A stretch of DNA of 64,000 nt from an uncultured Solibacteraceae bacterium (GCA_964460395.1 CAYWQS010000007.1:11135-75134); one strand, 5' to 3'. Positions 46,140 through 55,127 are shown, numbered from the stretch's first letter. Notes: generated from the letters alone by a model not told the origin. Numbers and translations are program-made.

Positions 46140-46628
46140 TCAGGCCTTTTTGAACATCGCGATGGCTTCGATTTCCACCAGCAGTTCGGGGCGGCAGAGT
46201 TTGGCCTGAATGCCGGTGGAGGCGGGCAGGGGATCGAGGCCCTGTTCCGCGTAGAAGGCGGTGCGCTCTTCGTTGAAGGCGGCGTAGTCGCGGTCGATGT
46301 CCCGCAGGTAGCAGGTCGTGCGGACGATGTCGTGCCAGGTGGCGCCTTCGCTCTTCAACAGCTCCGTGATGTTGTGGAAGGTGCGGCGGCACTGGGCGCG
46401 GAAGTCCCCCACGTGAACCGTCTGGCCGTGCTCATCAATGCTGGCCGTGCCCGAGATCAGCAGAATAACCACATTGCCGATATCGATGCGCATGCCGCGC
46501 GAGAAGGAACTGGGCTTGGCGTAGCTGAAGGCCTCATTCAAGACGTTCAGGTTGGTGATCGGCCGTTTGTCGATCGGTTCCTTCGATTGAGCCACCAGCT
46601 CCTCCATCATTTCACTCAAATTCATCAT
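46140..46628 (-). CDS. RidA/YjgF/L-PSP family protein (no signal peptide)
   Basis: ISGTASIDEHGQTVHVGDFRAQCRRTFHNITELLKSEGATWHDIVRTTCYL...PASTGIQAKLCRPELLVEIEAIA. Last gene of the operon. Confidence 0.75.
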   Translation of the reverse strand: MMNLSEMMEELVAQSKEPIDKRPITNLNVLNEAFSYAKPSSFSRGMRIDIGNVVILLISGTASIDEHGQTVHVGDFRAQCRRTFHNITELLKSEGATWHDIVRTTCYLRDIDRDYAAFNEERTAFYAEQGLDPLPASTGIQAKLCRPELLVEIEAIAMFKKA

Positions 46629-46631
46629 GAC

Positions 46632-47702
46632 TTAAGACTCCTTGATCAAACTCAACTCCCACTCGTTCTTCAGGCTCAGGCGAGCCGCGTGCACGGAGCG
46701 CGTATTGCGGTTGAGGGCGTTCCACTCGACGCGGCCAGCCAAGCCTTGCCAAGGCGTGAGATCAGTCAACGCCTGGCGGATTCCGTTGCGCGACGGGCCG
46801 GCCACCCGGACGGCCTCGATCAAAAGGCGCGCGCCGTCGCGGCATTGCGCGCGCGCATAATCCTCCCCGGCCCGCGTCCGGGCGAGGACGGGGTACACGA
46901 TGCCATCGGCGGCGGCGCCCGCCGCGCGCAGAAATGCCGCGCGGCCGGCGGCGGGGCCGGCATACAGACGGGCGCCTGCCAGTTGACGGGCGAGGCGGGC
47001 TGTATCGGCCGGCGGGGCGACGATCACGGCGCGCCGCGCCTCCAATTCCACTGCTCCTCCGGGCGCGAACTCCAGGTGGCGTTCGGGACTCACACGCTGT
47101 TTGCCAAAGAACCGGAGGAACTCCCGCACCAGCAAGCGCTCGTCGTGCGAGGTGGCCGAAAGCAGTGTGAACGGTTCGGCTCCGTCCGCGAGCACTTGCG
47201 CCCCCACCGCCGCGGCGATCGCAGGATCGGCCGGGAGGAGGGAAAACGCCCAAGGTACCATTGCGGCGTTGACGCTGCGGTCGGTCGAGATCAGATCGAG
47301 CAGCGGCAGGCGGGTTTTGACGGCCACCTGCTCGGCGAGATGCACCGAGTCGGACCCCGCCGCCGTCAGCACAGCGTAAACGCGCTCCTGGTAGGCCAAT
47401 TCCACGACCATGCGCGCGGCGGCGCGCCATGGGTCGGTGGTCCAGCGGCGGATGAGACGGAATGGCACTCCACCGATTCCACCCTGGCGGTTCGCTTCTT
47501 CAAAGACAGCTTCGACGGCGCGAAGGAGATCGTCCTCCGGTCCGAAGTATCCGATGGGGATTTCGCGGAGGCCGGCCGGGGGCGGCGGTTCCTCGGCTTC
47601 GCCCACGGCGGCGCGTTCGCGGGTGCGGTCGAGGTAGGGAGGGGGCGCGGCGGCGGCAAGGCCGCCCAGAGAAGCTACAAAACTGCGCCGCGTCCAGGGC
47701 AT
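46632..47702 (-). CDS. LivK-type (type I, Peripla_BP_6-like) periplasmic binding protein, Tat-like signal
   Basis: MPWTRRSFVASLGGLAAAA, then IPIGYFGPEDD...FEEANRQGGIGGVPFRLI, the typical start of branched-chain-amino-acid-type SBPs. ATG 47702 lies 4 nt after the upstream stop. Confidence 0.7.
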   Translation of the reverse strand: MPWTRRSFVASLGGLAAAAPPPYLDRTRERAAVGEAEEPPPPAGLREIPIGYFGPEDDLLRAVEAVFEEANRQGGIGGVPFRLIRRWTTDPWRAAARMVVELAYQERVYAVLTAAGSDSVHLAEQVAVKTRLPLLDLISTDRSVNAAMVPWAFSLLPADPAIAAAVGAQVLADGAEPFTLLSATSHDERLLVREFLRFFGKQRVSPERHLEFAPGGAVELEARRAVIVAPPADTARLARQLAGARLYAGPAAGRAAFLRAAGAAADGIVYPVLARTRAGEDYARAQCRDGARLLIEAVRVAGPSRNGIRQALTDLTPWQGLAGRVEWNALNRNTRSVHAARLSLKNEWELSLIKES

Positions 47703-47706
47703 GAGG

Positions 47707-49170
47707 CTATTCTTCGGTCTTCTCCGGAGTAAGTTCGCGGGCCACGCGGCTGCGGGGAGGGATCTGGCCTTGGGGGATCTCCCAATCCTCGCGGGAGTAA
47801 TACTTCCACTGCCCGTTCTCAAAGCGGGCCAGGAACACCTCGCCGATGTCGTCGAGCACAGAACTCAGCGGAATTTCGCCGGTGACTCCGGGCCATGGCT
47901 GTGTGCGGTAGGCGATAACATCCCGGATCTTGGCGCGGTTGAGCCCAGCCACCTGAATCGCCCAGATGAGCATATTCATTCCATCGTAGCCGTGAGCGGC
48001 GTAGGTTTCGGGCTCTTCGCCGTACTTCTTCACGAAACGCTCGCGGAAGGCAGCCAGCTTGGGATCCTTCCGGGCGGGGTTCCAGGGGAAGCCCGCGATG
48101 ACGCCTTCGGCATTCTTGCCGGCGAGTTTGACGAACTCGGGCGAAACAGTGCGGTCGCTGGCGAAGTAGGGCTGGTTCATGCCCATGCCGCGAATCGTGT
48201 TCAACACGCGGGCGCTGTCTTCGGCGTTGCCCCAGTGAACGATGGCGTCGGGGTTCATCGCCTTGATGCGCTCCACCTGCAAGGTGAGGTCTTCGGCTCC
48301 GACCTTATAGGCCATCTCGATGACGACGGGCCGGCCGCTGCGGCGGGCGCTGTCGCGCACCTCGCGGACCCCGAAGCGGCCATAGCGGTTCGAAGCGCGG
48401 ATGATGGCGACGCGCTTGTAATCCATCTTGCGGAACAGGTAGTCGGCGAGCAGGTAGCCCATCTGCCGGTCGTCGCCGATGCAGCGCATGGTCCAGGGGA
48501 TGTTGGTTTCGATGAAGGTGGGGTCGGTGTCGCCGGTGTTCATCATCACCACCTCCGCCTTAAGGGCCACGCGGATGGCAATGTGGGAGTTCGCCGAGTC
48601 GATGGTGCCAAGCAAGCCGAAGACATTGTGCTTGTAGGCCATATTCGTGACTTCGTTGCCGGTGGAACCCCAGAGGCCGTTGTCGTTGGCGACGATCATT
48701 TCGAAGGGGATGCCGCGGCGGAAGTACCCGCCCTGGGCGTTCCATTCGTCCACGGCCATTTGGGCGCCCTTCAGCATCATGCGTCCCAGCGTCTCCTCAT
48801 GGCTCTTGCCCCCGGTGGCGATCGAAACGGTGCTTTCGATGGGCCCGATGAAGCCGATCTTGACGGTCTTCAGATCGGGGCCGGGCTCGGGGATGGCGCG
48901 TCCCGGCCCGGTGTATTCCATCTGCAGGAGGAAGTGCTCCTTGTAAGGCTTGGTGCCGCGGAACGGTTCGTAGTCTACGGGCGTGCGGGCATAGTTCTCC
49001 TCACGCTTCAGGCCGAGGTCGGGCACGGTATAGGCGTCGACCGCGTTGATGCGGCGGAGGACTTCGGCGGTGCCCGGATCGATGAGAGCCTCGAGCTTCT
49101 TCATGCGATCGGCGGCGGGGTCGGATGCGAGCAGCGCCGGGACGGCAAGGAGGAAGGCGAGCGCGCGCAT
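47707..49170 (-). CDS. LivK-type periplasmic binding protein, Sec signal
   Basis: MRALAFLLAVPALLA; KIGFIGPIES...GAQMAVDEWNAQGG...VFGLLGTIDSANSHIAIRVALKAEVVMMN...YAAHGYDGMNMLIWAI. ATG 49170 is preceded by AAGGAG and lies 2 nt after the upstream stop. Confidence 0.8.
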   Translation of the reverse strand: MRALAFLLAVPALLASDPAADRMKKLEALIDPGTAEVLRRINAVDAYTVPDLGLKREENYARTPVDYEPFRGTKPYKEHFLLQMEYTGPGRAIPEPGPDLKTVKIGFIGPIESTVSIATGGKSHEETLGRMMLKGAQMAVDEWNAQGGYFRRGIPFEMIVANDNGLWGSTGNEVTNMAYKHNVFGLLGTIDSANSHIAIRVALKAEVVMMNTGDTDPTFIETNIPWTMRCIGDDRQMGYLLADYLFRKMDYKRVAIIRASNRYGRFGVREVRDSARRSGRPVVIEMAYKVGAEDLTLQVERIKAMNPDAIVHWGNAEDSARVLNTIRGMGMNQPYFASDRTVSPEFVKLAGKNAEGVIAGFPWNPARKDPKLAAFRERFVKKYGEEPETYAAHGYDGMNMLIWAIQVAGLNRAKIRDVIAYRTQPWPGVTGEIPLSSVLDDIGEVFLARFENGQWKYYSREDWEIPQGQIPPRSRVARELTPEKTEE

Positions 49171-49172
49171 GG

Positions 49173-50321
49173 CTACTCTTCTCCTTTCTGAGCGATCAAG
49201 CCGGAGGCGGGGGAGCGTTCGCGGAGGCGGGGGTAGTAATCGGCGCCGCGGCCCCAACCCAGACCCTTCGAGGTGCCCACCCAGACATCGTTGCCGTCGA
49301 AGTCGACGGCGATGATGAAGTTGTGCGGGATGCCGAGCTTGGACTCGACGCGTTCAAGCACGGTGCGGTCGCGGTAGACGGTGGCGATGCCGAGGTGGGT
49401 TTTGGGGTCCATCCTGTACTCGACCCAGGTGTTGGTGTCGGCGTCCATGATGGCGCCGACGCCCTTGTCGGAGCAGAACCAGGCCTCCTGAGCGCTGCGG
49501 CCCTTGCCGTTGTTGTTGAAGTCACTGGGCATGCCGGAGTCCATGTTGTAATAGCCCCGCCACTTGCGGCCGTCATAGCGGGCGTTGCCGAAATAGCTGG
49601 ACACCCAGAGCGTCTTTTCGACATACGTGGCGGAGGTGGTGATGACGTGGACGATGCCGTCGTCGCGATAGAGGTCGATTTCCATTTCGCCGTCGGGATC
49701 GAGGTAGTCTTTCCAGCGGTTGGTGGCAACGTCGTATTCGAGCACCCCGCTGCCCCAGACGGCGAGGTAGACTTTGCCGTCGCGGTAGGAGACGTTGTAA
49801 TTCCAGATCTCCTCCATGGGGGCGTTCTTCTCGGTGAAGATGGTCCACTCGCCGGTGGCGGTGTTGAGGCGGGAGGCGCCGGCGGTGGTGGCGGCCCAGA
49901 CGTTGTCGTTCTCGACGGCGATGCCATAGACGACATCGTTGACGATACCGGAATTCATCTGGTGATAGTGGTCGAAGCGGCCGCCGGAGAAGCGCGCAAT
50001 GCCGCCGCCGAATAAACCGAGCCAGACGTCGCCGGTCTTGGGATCGACATCAATGGCGGTGACGGCGCGCCAGGGGAGGCCGTCCTTCTCGGTCCAGCTT
50101 TTGACCTTGCCGGTGCGCTTGTCGAGCATGGCGAGGCCGTTCTCCGTGCCGATCCAGACGCGGGGGCCGTCGGCCTTGACGGAGAAGATGTGATCGTCGG
50201 GCAGGCCGTCGGCCGTGGTGATGTGCTTCCAGTCGGTGTAGACAAAGGGGAGTTTCTCGGCGCTCAGGGCGAGGGCGCCGAGCAGAGCCAGAAGAACAAT
50301 GCGGTGCATGCTGCCTCTCAT
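49173..50321 (-). CDS. Secreted stand-alone Reg_prop (two-component regulator propeller) repeat beta-propeller
   Basis: Signal peptide. Repeats of the GLPdd.I.sv..D..g.vWiGT..Gl type (ADGLPDDHIFSVKADGPRVWIGTENGLAMLD; KDGLPWRAVTAIDVDPKTGDVWLGLFGGGIARF; others). ATGA overlap with the upstream gene. Confidence 0.75.
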   Translation of the reverse strand: MRGSMHRIVLLALLGALALSAEKLPFVYTDWKHITTADGLPDDHIFSVKADGPRVWIGTENGLAMLDKRTGKVKSWTEKDGLPWRAVTAIDVDPKTGDVWLGLFGGGIARFSGGRFDHYHQMNSGIVNDVVYGIAVENDNVWAATTAGASRLNTATGEWTIFTEKNAPMEEIWNYNVSYRDGKVYLAVWGSGVLEYDVATNRWKDYLDPDGEMEIDLYRDDGIVHVITTSATYVEKTLWVSSYFGNARYDGRKWRGYYNMDSGMPSDFNNNGKGRSAQEAWFCSDKGVGAIMDADTNTWVEYRMDPKTHLGIATVYRDRTVLERVESKLGIPHNFIIAVDFDGNDVWVGTSKGLGWGRGADYYPRLRERSPASGLIAQKGEE

Positions 50322-53020
50322 AACGTTTTGAGGTACTCGATCAGGTCGTTCAACTGATCCTTGGTCATGTCATTGGTGAAGCCGTGCTTGTCGTACGGAT
50401 TGAACAGGGTCCAGATCTCTTCGAGGGACTTGGCCATGCCGTTGTGCAGGTACGGGGCCGAGTCGTAGATGTTGTTGAGGTGGGGGACATCGAACAGGCC
50501 GGTGCGGTCGGAGGGTTGTTTGGTGCCGACATCGAAGCGGCCCCGGTTGGTGTAGTAGGGGGCGGGGTGGCAGAAGCTGCAGCGGCCTTCAGGGGGGATG
50601 GGGCGGCCGTCGTTGGTGGTGGTGCGTTCGAAGATCACCTTGCCGCGCTGCTGGGCCGGCGTCAATTTGGCGCCGGGGGCGCGGTAGCGGTTGGGCGGCC
50701 GCGGGATGGTGGTGACGTAGTAGTCGAGGTCGGACAATTCTTCCTTGGAGAAGGGCAGGCCGCGCGTGAAGAAGACGGCGAGGCGCGCGCCGCACTGGCG
50801 CTGCAGGCTGGGGTTGGTGCCCTCCCACTTGAACGGGGCCGTATCGTTGATGCCGCGGAGCGTGCGGTTGTCGACGGGGCTGACGCCAATTCCGTCGGCC
50901 TCGATGTCGTAAGTAATGCGGTCGACGTGGCCGTCCGGGTGGCAGGAGTGGCAGGAGAACTGGCGGCGGAAGGTGATGGAGGCGTTGTGGAACAGGCGTT
51001 CGCCCCGGCGCGTCTTGGTGATCGTCTTGGGGCCGCCGAGATCGATCCGTCCGCACGCTTCCAACTTTTCGAGATCGATGACGGTCAAAGTGTCGTCGAG
51101 GGAATCGGCGACAAAGGCGAGGCGGCCATCGGGGGTGGTGACGACGCCGCGCGGGCTGGCGCCCGTGGGGATGTATTTCGGGATGTACTGGGCCGCCTGG
51201 CCGAGATGGTTCGGCAGAACATGTTCGCGCTGTTCCGGCGTAGCCTGTTCGAGGATGGCGCGGAGTTTGGCGATGTCGACGACAGCGGCGCGGTTGGTGC
51301 CGGAACTCGTGACAAGGGCGTAGCGGCCGTCGGGCGTGAAGGCGACATCCGTGGCGTCGGCGAAGCCAAGATTCGGCTCGTCCAGCAGGATCTGATCGAG
51401 GCGGCCGCCGGGCCAGGCGATGATCAAGCCGTTGGTAATGGTCCAGCCCTGGAGGAGCCGGGTCATGGGCACCATGCTCTTGGTGCGGTTCATGGTGGCA
51501 AGCGCGAACTCGCCCTTGGGATGCCAGGCGATCCCCGTGAGGAGGTTGGTGCCGCTTGCGGACCAGCGGTCGTCCACGCGGCCGCGTGCCGTCTCAATCA
51601 CAGTGATCTCCGAGGCCAGAGGGGTGCGGAAGCCGGTGTCATGAGAGTAAGTGTTCGTGACAAGGAGGCGCGAGCCATCAGGGGAGAGGGCGGCCGACCA
51701 TGGGCCGTTGCTGGCCTTGAGGACCTTGAGACGCTCCCAGGTTGAGGTGTCGAAAACGGTGATGTCGTCGGAGGAGGTGTTGAGCACGTAGAGCGTGCGG
51801 CCGGAGGCGTCGGTCAGCAGGCCATGCGGTTCGTCGCCGACGGGGAGGGTGCGCAGGACACGGCGGGCGGAGGCATCGACGACGGAGAGGGTGTCGTCCA
51901 TGCGGTTGGTGACATAGGCGAACTCGCCATTGGGGGAGAAGGCGATGCCGGTGGGCGCCTGGCCGGTGGGAATCTCGGCGACCAGGCGGCGGGCCGCGGT
52001 GTCGACGATGCCGACGGTGTTCGCGTTTTCGAAAGAGACCCAGAGTTCCTGGGAGCGCGGCCGGAGGGTGAGCCGGAGAGGCGTCTTGTAGACAGGTTCG
52101 GCAGGCGGTTCCGGGTAAGGACGGCCGTGGGCGATCTTTTTCCAGGCGGCTGAGTATTGGAAGGGCTTCCCGTGCGCCTGGAGGTGGCAGGCATTGCAGG
52201 AAGCGGCAGTGGGTTTGGAGTTCGGGTTGGAATGGCAGTCCTGGCAGCCGACGCCATCGGCGGCAGAGGGTCCGGGGCCGTGGCACTTCAGACAGGCGGG
52301 GGATTGCACGGGATCGGTGGTGAGCTTGCTTTGGGAGGCGATGACCGCGGCGCGAGGGGAACTCAAGGAGCCGTAGGCGCGGGCGTGGGGGGTGAGGCGC
52401 CATTGGGCGTAGGCCAGGGCGTTCCCGGAGACGGGCGGGACGTCGCCGCGGAGCCCGCCGTTCAAATTCCGCCCGGTTTTCGGCATGGCGTGGGCGATTT
52501 CGGCCAGGGCCTTCTTGAACTCAAACGGCGCGGTTTTGAGAACCGAGGTATGCGAGACCTTTTCAATGTGGCAGACCATGCATTCGGCCTCGCCGGGCAT
52601 GCGGAGGCCGGCCATCATGGCGGCCTTCCGGTCGCGCATGATGTTTTCCTGGGCGTATTCGCTGCCCGGGCCATGGCAGCCCTCGCACTGCATTCCGTCG
52701 ATGGAGCGGAAGTCGTCGTCACGCTGCCAGGGGTCGGCATCGGCGGCGACCGTGTGGCAACCGAGGCAGATAGGGGCTTGCATGGGATCCTGGCGGATGC
52801 CGGAAACCTTGGCGATTTCGCGGGAGACGGGCAGGGCGAGGACGGCGGTGGCGCGGGCGTGCTTCGTGGTGAGCCACTTGCTGAACTGGTAGCCCATGCC
52901 GGCGCCCTCGTGGCATTGGGCGCAGGCGTGGGCGCCGATGTAGACGGGCTTCTTCGGGGCGGCGAAGAGCCACAGGGCCAAAGGCAGGGGGAGGACCAGA
53001 AGCCAGGCCAGACGCCTCAT
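50318..53020 (-). CDS. Nine-CXXCH multihaem cytochrome c / YVTN beta-propeller / di-haem cytochrome c peroxidase (CCP-MauG-like) fusion, secreted
   Basis: 900 aa with a signal peptide. Seven N-terminal CXXCH motifs: CAQCH, CLGCH, CEGCH, CMVCH, CLKCH, CQDCH, CNACH. The first four sit in a c554-like context (YIGAHACAQCHEG). The central region has propeller blades (FAYVTNRMDDTLSVVD, LYVLNTSSDDITVFD, LAFVADSLDDTLTVID). The C-terminus is CCP-like, with FSCHSCHPDG and CSFCHPAPYY plus FDVPHLNNIYDSAPYLHNG. Confidence 0.85.
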   Translation of the reverse strand: MRRLAWLLVLPLPLALWLFAAPKKPVYIGAHACAQCHEGAGMGYQFSKWLTTKHARATAVLALPVSREIAKVSGIRQDPMQAPICLGCHTVAADADPWQRDDDFRSIDGMQCEGCHGPGSEYAQENIMRDRKAAMMAGLRMPGEAECMVCHIEKVSHTSVLKTAPFEFKKALAEIAHAMPKTGRNLNGGLRGDVPPVSGNALAYAQWRLTPHARAYGSLSSPRAAVIASQSKLTTDPVQSPACLKCHGPGPSAADGVGCQDCHSNPNSKPTAASCNACHLQAHGKPFQYSAAWKKIAHGRPYPEPPAEPVYKTPLRLTLRPRSQELWVSFENANTVGIVDTAARRLVAEIPTGQAPTGIAFSPNGEFAYVTNRMDDTLSVVDASARRVLRTLPVGDEPHGLLTDASGRTLYVLNTSSDDITVFDTSTWERLKVLKASNGPWSAALSPDGSRLLVTNTYSHDTGFRTPLASEITVIETARGRVDDRWSASGTNLLTGIAWHPKGEFALATMNRTKSMVPMTRLLQGWTITNGLIIAWPGGRLDQILLDEPNLGFADATDVAFTPDGRYALVTSSGTNRAAVVDIAKLRAILEQATPEQREHVLPNHLGQAAQYIPKYIPTGASPRGVVTTPDGRLAFVADSLDDTLTVIDLEKLEACGRIDLGGPKTITKTRRGERLFHNASITFRRQFSCHSCHPDGHVDRITYDIEADGIGVSPVDNRTLRGINDTAPFKWEGTNPSLQRQCGARLAVFFTRGLPFSKEELSDLDYYVTTIPRPPNRYRAPGAKLTPAQQRGKVIFERTTTNDGRPIPPEGRCSFCHPAPYYTNRGRFDVGTKQPSDRTGLFDVPHLNNIYDSAPYLHNGMAKSLEEIWTLFNPYDKHGFTNDMTKDQLNDLIEYLKTL

Positions 53021-54711
53021 TTCGCCTTGGCCTCACGCGTATAGGTAATGATCTGGCCGGTGCGGACGCCGCCATGTTTTTCGACGAAGCCGTCCGGCCA
53101 GCGGATCTCGAGATCGACCGTTGCGGCCTGGCCGACGCCGAAGTGGAGGCGCGAGTCCTGCTGGCCGAGATAGCCGCGGCCCGGGACCATGTCTTCGATC
53201 AAGCGCATGCCGTTCGCGATGACGGTGACGCGGGCGCCGATGGCGTCGCGCGTGCCGGTAGGGAACTTGAGGCGCGGAATGACGGTGAGAGAACGGTTCT
53301 CGTTCCTGGTGTCGTTGCGGAGCAGAACGGCCGTGGAGTTCAGGTTGACGATGACGAGGTCAATGTCGCCGTCGTTGTCGTAATCGAAACCGGTGCCGCC
53401 GCGGCCGACGTGTTTCTCAAAGAAATAGCCGCCGGCCTGTTCGGAAACGTCTTCGAATTTGCCGTTGCCCAGGTTGCGGACGAGGGCGTCTTCCTGGGAG
53501 TACTCGTGGTGGGCGTTGCCGTGGACGGTGAAGATGTCGAGCCAGCCGTCGTGATCGAAGTCGAACATCATCGCGGCCCAGCCGGCGTACTGGCCGAGCG
53601 CGACGGCGACGCCGCTTTGCTGGGACTTGTATTCGAATTCCTGGCCGCCGGGTTTCTGGATGAGGAGGCTGCAGTAGTTGAGGTCGGGGATGAAGACGTC
53701 GAGCCAGCCGTCGCGGTTGACGTCGCCGACGACAGGGCCCATGTGGGCGACGCCTTGCCCGTCTTCGGAGAAAGCGATGTTGCGTTCGAGGGCGCGCTCG
53801 GCGTAGACGCCCTTTTCGGTCATTTCGAAGTAGTAGTTCTCCATCGCGTCGTTGGCGGAGAGGACTTCGAGTTTGCCGTTGTTATTGAAGTCGGAGGCGG
53901 TGACGGACATGGCGCGGCCGCCGGGAAACCACATGCCCATCTCCTTGGTGACATCGGCAAAGGTGCCGTTGCCGTTGTTGCGGAAGAGGGTGTTGGGCTG
54001 GCCGCTGTAGCTTAAGGGGCCCGGGTAGCCTTGGGCGGGGTAGAAGTCGCGGAACTTGCCGTCGTCATAGAGCAGGTAGTTGCCGACGTAAACGTCGAGC
54101 CAGCCGTCGTTGTTGAAGTCGAACCAGACGGCGGAGAGGCTCCAGCGGGAGTCGTTGACGCCGGCCTCCTTGCCGACTTCGGTGAAGGTGCCGTCACCGT
54201 TGTTCCGGTAGAGTTCGTTTTCGCCGTAGTTGAGGACGTAGAGGTCGACGTCGCCGTCGTTGTCGTAGTCGGCAGCGGAGCAACCGGAGGCGTAGCGGAT
54301 GCCGGCGACGCCTGCCTGTTCAGTGACATTCGTGAAGGTGCCGTCGCCGTTGTTCTTGAAAAGCGCGTTGGAAAGTTTGCCGCGCAGGTCGCGGCCTTCG
54401 TTGTCGCTGACGCCCTTCGTCCAGCGGCCATTGGGGAAATAGACGTCGAGGAAGCCGTCGTTGTTGTAGTCGAAGACGCAGACACCGGTGCCGGTGCCCT
54501 CGACGATGTTGTCCATGTGGTGGTCGCCGTAGGACTGACGGAAGTGGAGGCGGCTGGCCTTGGTGACGTCGGTGAAGATAATGGGGCCGGGGGGGGCGGC
54601 GGCAGCAGCGAGCGCGAGCAAGAGAAGCGGCAGATTCATGCGGAGGATCTTGTGAGGGCGGAGGCGGCAGGATAAAGATATTCCGGTCTGCAACACCCGA
54701 AAAGCATTCAC
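53017..54711 (-). CDS. CRTAC1-family protein (FG-GAP repeats + ASPIC/UnbV C-terminal domain), secreted
   Basis: Repeated FDYNNDGFLDVYFPNG / ADYDNDGDVDLYV / FDFNNDGWLDVYV / FDHDGWLDIF / YDNDGDIDLVI Ca-binding FG-GAP loops. C-terminal RLHFGVGQAATVDLEIRWPDG. Start is GTG 54711 (conserved with the copy B gene) or ATG 54639. Confidence 0.85.
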   Translation of the reverse strand: MNAFRVLQTGISLSCRLRPHKILRMNLPLLLLALAAAAAPPGPIIFTDVTKASRLHFRQSYGDHHMDNIVEGTGTGVCVFDYNNDGFLDVYFPNGRWTKGVSDNEGRDLRGKLSNALFKNNGDGTFTNVTEQAGVAGIRYASGCSAADYDNDGDVDLYVLNYGENELYRNNGDGTFTEVGKEAGVNDSRWSLSAVWFDFNNDGWLDVYVGNYLLYDDGKFRDFYPAQGYPGPLSYSGQPNTLFRNNGNGTFADVTKEMGMWFPGGRAMSVTASDFNNNGKLEVLSANDAMENYYFEMTEKGVYAERALERNIAFSEDGQGVAHMGPVVGDVNRDGWLDVFIPDLNYCSLLIQKPGGQEFEYKSQQSGVAVALGQYAGWAAMMFDFDHDGWLDIFTVHGNAHHEYSQEDALVRNLGNGKFEDVSEQAGGYFFEKHVGRGGTGFDYDNDGDIDLVIVNLNSTAVLLRNDTRNENRSLTVIPRLKFPTGTRDAIGARVTVIANGMRLIEDMVPGRGYLGQQDSRLHFGVGQAATVDLEIRWPDGFVEKHGGVRTGQIITYTREAKAK

Positions 54712-54768
54712 CGAGGTCTAGTTTATGCTGGCGCTGCGGATTTGCCCATAGCGTGAAGGTATTAGTGG
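54695..54768 (-). repeat. Copy A of a conserved ~75-nt 5' element (upstream of CRTAC1 operon)
   Basis: Aligns with 56915-56989. The outer blocks are 27/33 and 19/22 identical and the middle ~20 nt diverged. Orientation relative to the downstream minus-strand gene is the same in both copies. Confidence 0.65.
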
Positions 54769-54801
54769 TTTTGGAGGGGCGGGAGCTACTGCGTTTGAGG
54801 C

Positions 54802-55056
54802 ATGGGCTGGCGTGACCGCATCGCGGCAGATCTGCGAATTCTGGTGGGGAAGCCTGGAGTGAAATGGATCCGGATTGCGGTGGAGTTGGTGATCGATCTG
54901 TTGGCTCGCGCGCTGGACCTCGAGCAGATTCGCGATAGCTATCCCGGGGTGTTCGGGGAAGAGCATGATGAAAACGCCGGAAGAGATCGCCTTGCTTGCT
55001 GTGCCGGCCTTCAGGTTGCAGGTCTGTCCATGGATGCAGGGGGTGGAGATGTTTGA
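54802..55056 (+). CDS. DUF433-like small protein (antitoxin-like), C-terminus possibly frameshifted
   Basis: DLRILVGKPGVKWIRIAVELVIDLLARALDLEQIRDSYPGV follows the DUF433 pattern (GKPvikGTRIpVe.ildlLa.G.s.eeI...YP.lt). After YPGV the expected ...TxEDIxAALxYA continues better in the +1 frame (KTPEEIALLAV). Confidence 0.45.
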   Translation: MGWRDRIAADLRILVGKPGVKWIRIAVELVIDLLARALDLEQIRDSYPGVFGEEHDENAGRDRLACCAGLQVAGLSMDAGGGDV

Positions 55057-55127
55057 GAGGCGGGCCGCGGCGAGGAGTGGGTGCTAGGCTGGGCGGAACG
55101 CTGATGGCGGGTCGAGGGAGGCTGGGC

